In this document: positions 57,384 to 64,000 of the stretch, one piece after another
Layout of the letters: each line of letters opens with the position of its first letter
How positions within the stretch are numbered: the stretch's first letter is position 1
IMG/VR virus record: IMGVR_UViG_3300045988_181067
Location: 297,851-361,850 of that record
Length of the DNA stretch: 64,000 nucleotides
Direction: 5' to 3' (one strand)
Origin: a virus
Notes under the pieces: generated by a model
What the model saw: only the letters and a program-made list of their open reading frames with translations
Databases searched by the model: none
Told to the model about the DNA's origin: nothing
Program-made: the position numbers and the translations under genes

Positions 57384-58790
57384 TTAGGGTAAAAAAATAA
57401 CGTCAAGGTCAAAATGGCCGTACCGCCCGTCCTTTACCACAATATGATCTATCACGGACGCCCAGAGCGTGTGGCGCTCCTGCGGTGACAGCGTGGCGTA
57501 TATGCTGCGGAAATCCCCGGCCAGGAGCTGCCGCAGCGGCTCCAGATCGCGCCCGGCGCTCTGGCTCTGCTGTGCGGTCTGGGCCGCCTCCTGCTGCCGG
57601 ATCAGTGCCTGGTACTTTTCATCGTAGGCTGCACGGTCTATCATGCCGTCCACATACAAGTCCTGGAGGCGGGACAGTTTCCGCTGGATCGCGCCCACGT
57701 CTACGACGGCGCGCCGCCGCTGGGCCTCCTGTACGTCAAACTGCGCTATGTAGGCGTCCAGCTGCGGCTGGATATGATCCAGGAGCCAATCCTCCAGGCG
57801 CGGCTCCCAGGGCGTCGTTTTCCAGGTGCAGCGCTTGTCGATCCAGTGCTGTGTACACCGATACCGCAAATATACCCGGTGGAATTTATAATCGGTCTGG
57901 GGGAACGCTTTCAAGGTGCAGCCACAGACCGGGCAGCGCAACAGACCCGTAAACACATAACTGTATTTGCTTTGCCGCGTTCTGTTCGCTCCCTGCCTTG
58001 AAACGATTTTTTGAATATTTTGAAATTGTTCCCGGCTGATGATCGCCGGGCAGTAATTCACGTTTCCGCGATATTCCCCACAGTATAAGCTGTTACGCAA
58101 CATATTACGGATTGTATTATAAGGCAGATCGACGCCGTACTGATCGCGCAGCCAGGCGTGCGTCTCCCGCGTGCTGTTCGTGGCCTCGTAGTGGTCGAAC
58201 ATACCGCGCACGGCGTCGGCCTGGCTCTCTACGATCTGCACGCGATGATCTGCTACCTCCAGCCCATAAGGCAGGGATTTGGAGCCAAAGATCGCGCCGC
58301 CGTTTTTCACGCGCTCCGCAAACACAAACTTTATTCTGTCCGCCGTTCTGTCGCTCTCGTCCTGGGCGACGGACAGGCGGATATTTAAATTTAAGCGGCC
58401 ATTTGTGGTGCTGGTGTCGTAGTCCTCCAAAATTGCTTTCCAGTTTGTCCCGGCAGCCTCCAGCACATCCTGGACGCGGTAGTATTCCCGTACGCTGCGG
58501 AACCACCTGTCCAGCTTGATAAAAAGCACATAGTCAACGCCGCCAGCCTTTACGGCCTCCAGCACGCGCAGCAGCCCAGGCCGCCGCCGTATTTCCTTGC
58601 GCGCGCTCACGCCGTCGTCGCTGTACTCTGCCACAATCTGACACTGGAACGTGTCGCAGAACTCCCGCAGCGCCTCACGCTGCGCACCCAGGCTGTAACC
58701 GTGCCGGGCCTGTTCGTCTGTGGAAACGCGGATATAAAGCACCACCCGCGCGCGATACCACGCATAATTTTGCGGTTTACCGTACAACAT
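57384..58790 (-). CDS. Large serine recombinase (resolvase/invertase N-domain + recombinase + zinc ribbon)
   Basis: Catalytic LYIRVSTDEQ; Cys cluster CPVCGC..C..C; coiled-coil tail. Confidence 0.85.
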   Translation of the reverse strand: MLYGKPQNYAWYRARVVLYIRVSTDEQARHGYSLGAQREALREFCDTFQCQIVAEYSDDGVSARKEIRRRPGLLRVLEAVKAGGVDYVLFIKLDRWFRSVREYYRVQDVLEAAGTNWKAILEDYDTSTTNGRLNLNIRLSVAQDESDRTADRIKFVFAERVKNGGAIFGSKSLPYGLEVADHRVQIVESQADAVRGMFDHYEATNSTRETHAWLRDQYGVDLPYNTIRNMLRNSLYCGEYRGNVNYCPAIISREQFQNIQKIVSRQGANRTRQSKYSYVFTGLLRCPVCGCTLKAFPQTDYKFHRVYLRYRCTQHWIDKRCTWKTTPWEPRLEDWLLDHIQPQLDAYIAQFDVQEAQRRRAVVDVGAIQRKLSRLQDLYVDGMIDRAAYDEKYQALIRQQEAAQTAQQSQSAGRDLEPLRQLLAGDFRSIYATLSPQERHTLWASVIDHIVVKDGRYGHFDLDVIFLP

Positions 58791-58958
58791 AATAAAAACA
58801 CCCCGCGAAATTGTACAAAGGTACTATGCCGCGCGGCGTTTTTGTGCTATACTTTCTGCTGTGAGGGCGTGAAGTATGGCACAAAAGCCGTGCAGCGCGT
58901 TCTTTGGCCGTTTCCGTGCGCCAACACGGGGGCGGCCCTTTTGCTTTTATAGGGGGCA

Positions 58959-59159
58959 ATGGTGCGTGTATATGTGTGGGAGGCCCGCCAGGCTGCCGGG
59001 CTGACGCTCCAACAGCTGGAGCATAAAACCGGGATAAGCCGCAGCACCTTAAACCGTATTGAAAACGGCCAGATTGTGCCGCGCCTGGATCAGCTGGAGG
59101 CCATAGCAGCCGCAACAAATACGCGGATCACCGCCCTATTTGACAGCCCCTTGAAGTGA
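58959..59159 (+). CDS. XRE-family HTH protein (Cro-like)
   Basis: LTLQQLEHKTGISRSTLNRIENG. Confidence 0.55.
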   Translation: MVRVYVWEARQAAGLTLQQLEHKTGISRSTLNRIENGQIVPRLDQLEAIAAATNTRITALFDSPLK

Positions 59160-59202
59160 GTATGCACCAAGCGCAGCCAAAAGGCAAGCCGCGCCGGGCC
59201 TA

Positions 59203-59222
59203 TTTCTCAATATTGAGAAATG
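59203..59222. promoter_or_regulatory. perfect 20-bp palindrome ATTTCTCAATATTGAGAAAT (operator-like)
   Basis: Seen between divergent HTH genes. Confidence 0.45.
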
Positions 59223-59441
59223 ACCGCCCAAACCATTGCGCCGCCGCTCCACCCGGCGTATAGTCGAATAAAGGAGGCGACGGCGAAATGAACAGGGCGC
59301 AATACTGGCAAGCAATAAAAGCGCTGCTGCACGACGCAGACCTGGGAATACTGCGGCGTGTGTATAATTTCGTGCAGCAGATCACCCTACATTGAACCAT
59401 TTTCGGCAAGCCACGAAAAAGGTTAAAAAAGGCGGCGGCCT

Positions 59442-59945
59442 TTACTGGTCGCCGTCCTTTTCTTTCTTTTCACGCTCACCCAGGCCGACGGCGTAACCAT
59501 ACATAAAGGCGGCGTTGTTTTTGCCCAGGCCGTCCTCCATGCGCTGGATCGCGGCGTCGTCCATGTAGCGCTCCATGATTTCGGCAGGAACTGCCCCGGC
59601 CAGAAATTTGTCGATCAAGTCCCGCAGCCGCGCCCAGTCGTTCTCGTCGAACTGCGCGAACCCCTTAAAAATGGACTTTGCCAGGGCGTTGTCGCCCTGC
59701 ATGATACTGTCCACGATCCCGCCCAGGGCGTCGTCCGTATTCACGAACATTTCACCCTGCCCGGTGGTGAGCCAGCCGTAGTCTACATTGTAGGCGCTGC
59801 AAATTTGCCGGGCGGTGCGATCTGTGATGTTTCGCGTGCCAGCCTCATAGTTAGAGATCGCAAAGCGGGAGACGCCGATCTTTTCGGCCATTTCTGCCTG
59901 GGTCAAATTAAGGGCTTTTCGCAGCTGAATAAGTCTTTCGTGCAT
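59442..59945 (-). CDS. XRE-family repressor (CI-like) with C-terminal sensor domain
   Basis: LTQAEMAEKIGVSRFAISNYEAG HTH. Confidence 0.6.
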   Translation of the reverse strand: MHERLIQLRKALNLTQAEMAEKIGVSRFAISNYEAGTRNITDRTARQICSAYNVDYGWLTTGQGEMFVNTDDALGGIVDSIMQGDNALAKSIFKGFAQFDENDWARLRDLIDKFLAGAVPAEIMERYMDDAAIQRMEDGLGKNNAAFMYGYAVGLGEREKKEKDGDQ

Positions 59946-60071
59946 TTGTTATCACCTCCTGGATAATATTATAGCTGTTTATGTTTTCAAAGTCAACACA
60001 AAAAGAAAGAATGTTTGCAAGTATTTTCAAAGAAAACTATAATATTTTCAAAGAAACAGGAGGCCGTGACG

Positions 60072-60335
60072 ATGAACAGACCACCAGAACCAAGCTACAC
60101 CGCACCGACGCCGAACCGCAAGGAAACGCGCCGCCGCCAGGCCGACCTGTACGACTACAACATGGAGACGGAGGGCGCACGCATTCATGTTGAGGTATGG
60201 CTGCATGAGGAAATCACCCCGCCGCAGTCTGCCGAGATTTTCCTTGCAATGGAAGAATTACGCCGGGCAGTATGGCGCGCCACAAAAGAGGCCCGGCGGA
60301 TCACCGAGGCGGCCCAGCAGCCGCCGCAAGTATAG
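60072..60335 (+). CDS. hypothetical protein
   Basis: GGAGG RBS; 87 aa. Confidence 0.45.
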   Translation: MNRPPEPSYTAPTPNRKETRRRQADLYDYNMETEGARIHVEVWLHEEITPPQSAEIFLAMEELRRAVWRATKEARRITEAAQQPPQV

Positions 60336-60347
60336 GAGGACACCCAC

Positions 60348-60713
60348 ATGAAAGAAGAAACCGCCCGCGCGCTGACTTTGGCAGCGTGTGCGCTCCAGGC
60401 GTATGCACTGGCGAAAAGTTTCAAGCGGGAAGTGATCGACCCGTACCGCAGCAGCACCAAAGAGGACACCGCCCAGAGCCTGGAGACTATGACGCCGGAC
60501 GTGCTCAGAGACTACAACCCATGCACCCGGGACACACTGAAAGAACGCTTCGGCGTGGACGCGCAGGACGTGCTGGCCACGCTGCACAAGCCGAACGGCG
60601 AACCGCTGCCACTGAATGAAGCATGGAATATGCTGGAATCCGTCCAGAAACTGATCGTAAAAAAGGCCCATGAAGTGGCGCGCGTCCAGACCGTGGCCGA
60701 CATGAACCTCTAA
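60348..60713 (+). CDS. hypothetical protein
   Basis: AGGAGGA RBS; 121 aa. Confidence 0.5.
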   Translation: MKEETARALTLAACALQAYALAKSFKREVIDPYRSSTKEDTAQSLETMTPDVLRDYNPCTRDTLKERFGVDAQDVLATLHKPNGEPLPLNEAWNMLESVQKLIVKKAHEVARVQTVADMNL

Positions 60714-60759
60714 AACAAAGAACTGGCGCAGCCACAAGGCCGCGCCAGCCAAAGCGGGG

Positions 60760-60933
60760 TTAGTTGTTATAGGCGTCAATAAGACCCGCCACGGCGTCGT
60801 TATAGGCGACGATCAGCTCCCGCTCATCCTGCGGCACATTCCCGCGCGCCTGTAAAAGCAATAGCGCGAGATCGTGCAGGATTTCCTCTTGCGGCACATT
60901 GAGTGCAAAGCTCTGCATATATTTTCACCTCCT
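60760..60933 (-). CDS. small hypothetical protein (57 aa)
   Basis: GGAGGTGA RBS before ATG; below ORF-track cutoff. Confidence 0.3.
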
Positions 60934-61016
60934 TTCATGTTGGCCGGGGCGTTTGCTCCGCCCTGGCCATGTTTTAGACATTCTCAACTGCATATATTTC
61001 TCCTTTTTCTCTCCGG

Positions 61017-61057
61017 GAACCCCAGGCGCTGCAACGCCTGGGGTTTTCTTTTTTTTG
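61017..61057 (+). terminator. rho-independent terminator
   Basis: CCCCAGGCG CUGCAA CGCCUGGGG + U-run. Confidence 0.5.
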
Positions 61058-61325
61058 TAGGATAACATGAAAGCAGGAAAAACAAAACAAAAGAAAGAGA
61101 CAACGAAAACAGCAAAATGTGGCATAGTAAACATACACAAGAGGATTAGATTGTGCAACACGCCGAAATGTTTACAAAGCAAACAAACAGGCTTGATTTT
61201 GTTTTCAAAGTGATGTATACTGTTTACAGTGAAAACAAGTAAGGACGTTTCAAGGTGGGTATCTACTGACAAGGAGAACCGCCGCAAGTAAAAAAATCAA
61301 CGAAACAACGAAAAAGGAGAACACC

Positions 61326-61562
61326 ATGAAAAACATTGAAGTCACCTACGACGCGCTGATCTGCGAGGACGGAACCTATGAACAGGGCGAAGCCGCCTTT
61401 ATTCTGCCCATGACCGACGAGCTGGCCGCCGAATATCTGGCAGGACGCGCCACGGATCGCGGCGCGGTCAATCTGGTGGAAACCGCCCTGGAGGCCGTCG
61501 AAGTTATGCGGGGCCGCGTCTATGTGCGCGGCAGTATCAAAGCCTACTGCGAAGCCAAGTAA
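61326..61562 (+). CDS. hypothetical protein
   Basis: AAAAGGAGAA RBS. Confidence 0.5.
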   Translation: MKNIEVTYDALICEDGTYEQGEAAFILPMTDELAAEYLAGRATDRGAVNLVETALEAVEVMRGRVYVRGSIKAYCEAK

Positions 61563-61650
61563 ACCACCCACCCCGGCGGGCCAGCAGCCCGCCGCCTGTC
61601 TGGGGCTGATCCGCCCCACCGATGATGGCCCAGGGAGGGCCGAAACAGGC
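61560..61650 (+). repeat. ~85-bp intergenic module (terminator-like hairpin + GGGGCUGAUCCGCCCC hairpin + RBS), copy 1
   Basis: About 95% identical to 63078-63166. Confidence 0.6.
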
Positions 61651-61681
61651 CGGACGCGATCCGGGGAAAAGGGAGCCGAAA

Positions 61682-61933
61682 ATGAAAATTTCAACTTTGG
61701 AAATGATCCACGAAACACTGAAAAATGAGTATGAAATGGCCCGCGTGAGCTACGCGGACGCACTGAAAGAGACTGCCCACTGCGAGGGAGCGCTGGCTGA
61801 CGCCGCCGACGAAAAGGCAGCCGCAGAGGCAGAGAAAAAGCTGGACGCCTCCAAAAAAGGCAGAGACGAGGCGAGGGCCTGGGCAACCCGCACCCAGGAC
61901 GCCCTCCACGACTTTGAAGCCCAGGAATTTTAA
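61682..61933 (+). CDS. hypothetical protein
   Basis: Start MKISTLEMIHE after GGGAG. Confidence 0.5.
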   Translation: MKISTLEMIHETLKNEYEMARVSYADALKETAHCEGALADAADEKAAAEAEKKLDASKKGRDEARAWATRTQDALHDFEAQEF

Positions 61934-61946
61934 GGAGGCCGGAGAC

Positions 61947-62324
61947 ATGACGACCTACAAATTTAACAACGGCATGACGGCAGCGTGGGAGCCGATGAAG
62001 AAAGAAAACCGCGAACGCTTTAAAGAACGCGACAGGCTGGAGGAAATCGCCACGGGCATGACCCGCGACAACGTCCAGGCATACATAAAGCAGTACACCG
62101 CCCCGCGCGTCGTTCGCGTCCTGGCGGCGACGATCACGGCCCACCCAGACGAATACACGACGGCGGCCTGGCTCACGGCCCGCAAAGTCCCGCCGCTGTG
62201 CAGCGGATGGGACGCGGAAAAGTTCTTTGACCATTCCGCAATCCACAGAATCTATCTTGAAGAAATCTTTATGACGCTGGCGAAACGCTACGGGGAGGCG
62301 GTAGAAAATGAAATTTTATTTTGA
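61947..62324 (+). CDS. hypothetical protein
   Basis: AAGGAGG RBS. Confidence 0.5.
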   Translation: MTTYKFNNGMTAAWEPMKKENRERFKERDRLEEIATGMTRDNVQAYIKQYTAPRVVRVLAATITAHPDEYTTAAWLTARKVPPLCSGWDAEKFFDHSAIHRIYLEEIFMTLAKRYGEAVENEILF

Positions 62325-62541
62325 CGGCGAACTGATCCGCACATCCAAGGCCCACCGCTACACGCACGCTGTCGTGCTGCCGACAAAGCCGGGGGCCACA
62401 AACAAGTGGGACGCGGTAGGCTGCCGCGCCTCACTGAAAAGCGCCCAGGCGCTGCTGGCACAGGAACGCCGCCGCATTGCCAAGTACAACCAGGAAACAG
62501 CCGACGCCCTGCGCGTGGTAGAACTGGAGGCCCGCCCGTGA
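62308..62541 (+). CDS. hypothetical protein
   Basis: GGGAGG RBS; TGATG coupling to next gene. Confidence 0.5.
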   Translation: MKFYFDGELIRTSKAHRYTHAVVLPTKPGATNKWDAVGCRASLKSAQALLAQERRRIAKYNQETADALRVVELEARP

Positions 62542-62801
62542 TGGCCCCAGACCCGGAGGGGCTGGACTGGCAACAGGACGAATACGACAGAATCCCACCG
62601 CGATACATGGCTGTAACTGCGGACAAGTACGAGCTGCCAGTGGCAGTGTTTGACAATATCCAAGATTTGAGTAGATGGGCACACACAAGCACCGCCACGG
62701 CACACGACGCCATTACACGCCAGACAGTAAGAAAGAAAGGCCCGGCGGCTGGCTGCCGGTTTATCCGGCTGCCGAACGACATTGACTGGAGGAAAATATG
62801 A
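62541..62801 (+). CDS. hypothetical protein
   Basis: Translationally coupled start. Confidence 0.45.
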   Translation: MAPDPEGLDWQQDEYDRIPPRYMAVTADKYELPVAVFDNIQDLSRWAHTSTATAHDAITRQTVRKKGPAAGCRFIRLPNDIDWRKI

Positions 62802-62932
62802 ACGAAAAGCAGAAACTGATCCGCGAAACCGCGCAGAAATTTGAGGCCCTGCGCCCCGATATGCAGCAGTTTGTACTGGGCTATCTGGTAGCCCGGCAGA
62901 ACACACAAGGAGGCAGACATGATGGAAAATAA
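62798..62932 (+). CDS. small hypothetical protein (44 aa)
   Basis: GGAGGA RBS. Confidence 0.3.
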   Translation: MNEKQKLIRETAQKFEALRPDMQQFVLGYLVARQNTQGGRHDGK

Positions 62933-63080
62933 AGACATTTGCAAAGATTGCAAACACGGCGGTGATATTTATTGGCTCCACTGTGACCTGTTGCGCCGCC
63001 ACGCAAGGAAAACAGACGAAGGCGACAAAGTCCAAGAGTGCGACGACTACGAACCGCGCCCGGCTGAAAGCCAGAAATAA
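62919..63080 (+). CDS. small Cys-rich protein (53 aa)
   Basis: AAGGAGG RBS; CKDCKHGG...C..C. Confidence 0.35.
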   Translation: MMENKDICKDCKHGGDIYWLHCDLLRRHARKTDEGDKVQECDDYEPRPAESQK

Positions 63081-63166
63081 ACCACCCCGGCGGGCTGCTG
63101 GCCCGCCGCCTGTCTGGGGCTGATCCGCCCCACCGATGATGGCCCAGGGAGGGCCGAAACAGGGAG
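63078..63166 (+). repeat. ~85-bp intergenic module, copy 2
   Basis: See 61560-61650. Confidence 0.6.
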
Positions 63167-63172
63167 AAAAAC

Positions 63173-63541
63173 ATGGACGAATACGAGAAAGCCGTCGCGG
63201 AGGCCCAGGAGCTGGCCGCAGAGAACCAGCGCAAAATTGACATACTGCTGGCGGACATGAACCGCCAGGAGCTGCGCAACACCCGCACCGACGCCGCCGC
63301 CCTGGCCGCTCTGGAGTGCGACCTGCTAAACCTTGTGAACGGCTCCAGAATCAAGCGGGCCAGAGATCGCGGCCTCCTGCGCTGCGCTGCTGCCACGCTG
63401 CACAAGGTACGCCGCCAGCTGCTGGACGACGCAGACCGCGCCGCGCTCTGCGAGCGCTGCATGAGCCCGCACGTTTTGAAAGACCAGGACGAGCTGGACG
63501 ACGTGTGCGCCCAGTGCCCACTGGAAAAGACGGCGGGCTGA
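63173..63541 (+). CDS. hypothetical protein
   Basis: GGGAGA RBS; 122 aa. Confidence 0.5.
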   Translation: MDEYEKAVAEAQELAAENQRKIDILLADMNRQELRNTRTDAAALAALECDLLNLVNGSRIKRARDRGLLRCAAATLHKVRRQLLDDADRAALCERCMSPHVLKDQDELDDVCAQCPLEKTAG

Positions 63542-63542
63542 T

Positions 63543-64000
63543 ATGCCAGCGCGTGACAGCTACATGGACGGCGGCAAGCCCGCACGGTCTGCCGTCCCGC
63601 AACAGGTGGATATACCGGGCTTTGGCGGGCGCTACTACATCCGCATAGACGGTACGGTATGGCGGCGCTGGAAACATAAAGACAAACAGCTGCAAGGCCA
63701 GAGGCACGGCAGCGGCTGGGCCTACACCCTGCGCACGCCGGACGGTAGAACCGTAACAAAACCAGCGGGCGGCCTCATGCGGGCGGCGTATTTCCGAAAT
63801 TTGCCGCCCGGCACTGTGCTGGAGCATAAGGACGGATCGGGCAGGAACTACGCCTACTGGAACCTCCGTCCGGTGACGCGCCGCCAGAAAGGGCTGAACA
63901 GCTACCGCCACCACGACGCGGACACGGTGGTAAAAATCGACCCACGAACGGACGAGGTTATAGCCATATACCGCAGCAGCTACGCCGCAGCAGCGGCGAC
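63543..64000 (+). CDS. HNH/NUMOD4-like endonuclease (3' partial, runs off window)
   Basis: IPGFGGRYYIRIDGTVWR and EHKDGSGRNYAYWNLRPVT patterns. Confidence 0.45.
   Translation, partial: MPARDSYMDGGKPARSAVPQQVDIPGFGGRYYIRIDGTVWRRWKHKDKQLQGQRHGSGWAYTLRTPDGRTVTKPAGGLMRAAYFRNLPPGTVLEHKDGSGRNYAYWNLRPVTRRQKGLNSYRHHDADTVVKIDPRTDEVIAIYRSSYAAAAA

Larger units (their letters stand above)
57367..64000. mobile_element. High-GC (about 62%) large-serine-recombinase-bearing integrated element (phage-like), partial
   Basis: Abrupt GC shift at about 57370 inside coupling-protein gene; recombinase at element end; CI/Cro-like regulators, HNH endonuclease. Confidence 0.6.

Noticed and set aside
57485-58519. Several Arg/Pro/Ala-rich ORFs in both strands inside the recombinase gene
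   Set aside because: High-GC spurious frames; the recombinase frame has clear catalytic motifs.
61263-63914. Long minus-strand ORFs (327, 292, 225, 187 aa) in the high-GC element
   Set aside because: Arg/Pro/Ala-rich, no RBS, antisense to a chain of + strand genes each with a canonical RBS.
1-64000. CRISPR arrays
   Set aside because: No regularly spaced short direct repeats anywhere; iterons at 41.4 kb are 11/21-bp phased without spacers.

Overview
Low-GC (about 43% GC), Firmicutes/Clostridia-like accessory region. Nearly all genes from 1.5 kb to 33.4 kb and from 36 kb to 57.4 kb sit on the minus strand, and the whole stretch looks like part of an integrative/conjugative element or genomic island. 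The conjugation core is a PrgI-like protein, a VirB4 ATPase and a VirD4/TraG coupling protein. The cargo includes defence-like and selfish modules: an AbiEi/AbiEii pair, an HTH_XRE-DUF3990 protein with a DUF3791-like partner, a CoiA-like nuclease, a PIN-PhoH ATPase, an IscB OMEGA nuclease with its upstream structured leader, and an IS200/IS605-family TnpB element that splits a resident gene. Other cargo genes are a Y-family polymerase with a YolD-like partner, a BlaI-family repressor, two tandem metallophosphoesterases, a von Willebrand factor A (vWA) domain protein, a long flotillin-centred membrane gene cluster, and a candidate type I toxin/antisense-sRNA pair. A group II intron-like structured RNA lies at the 3' end of a Big_2 surface lipoprotein gene. 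Many minus-strand promoters share a near-palindromic TGCGAwTCGCA element in the -35/-10 spacer, which suggests one common repressor. At about 57.37 kb the coupling-protein gene loses its 5' end to a high-GC (about 62%) element that carries a large serine recombinase and phage-like regulators and runs off the window. Start positions are inferred from RBS context. Functions rest on motif recognition only; no database search was possible.
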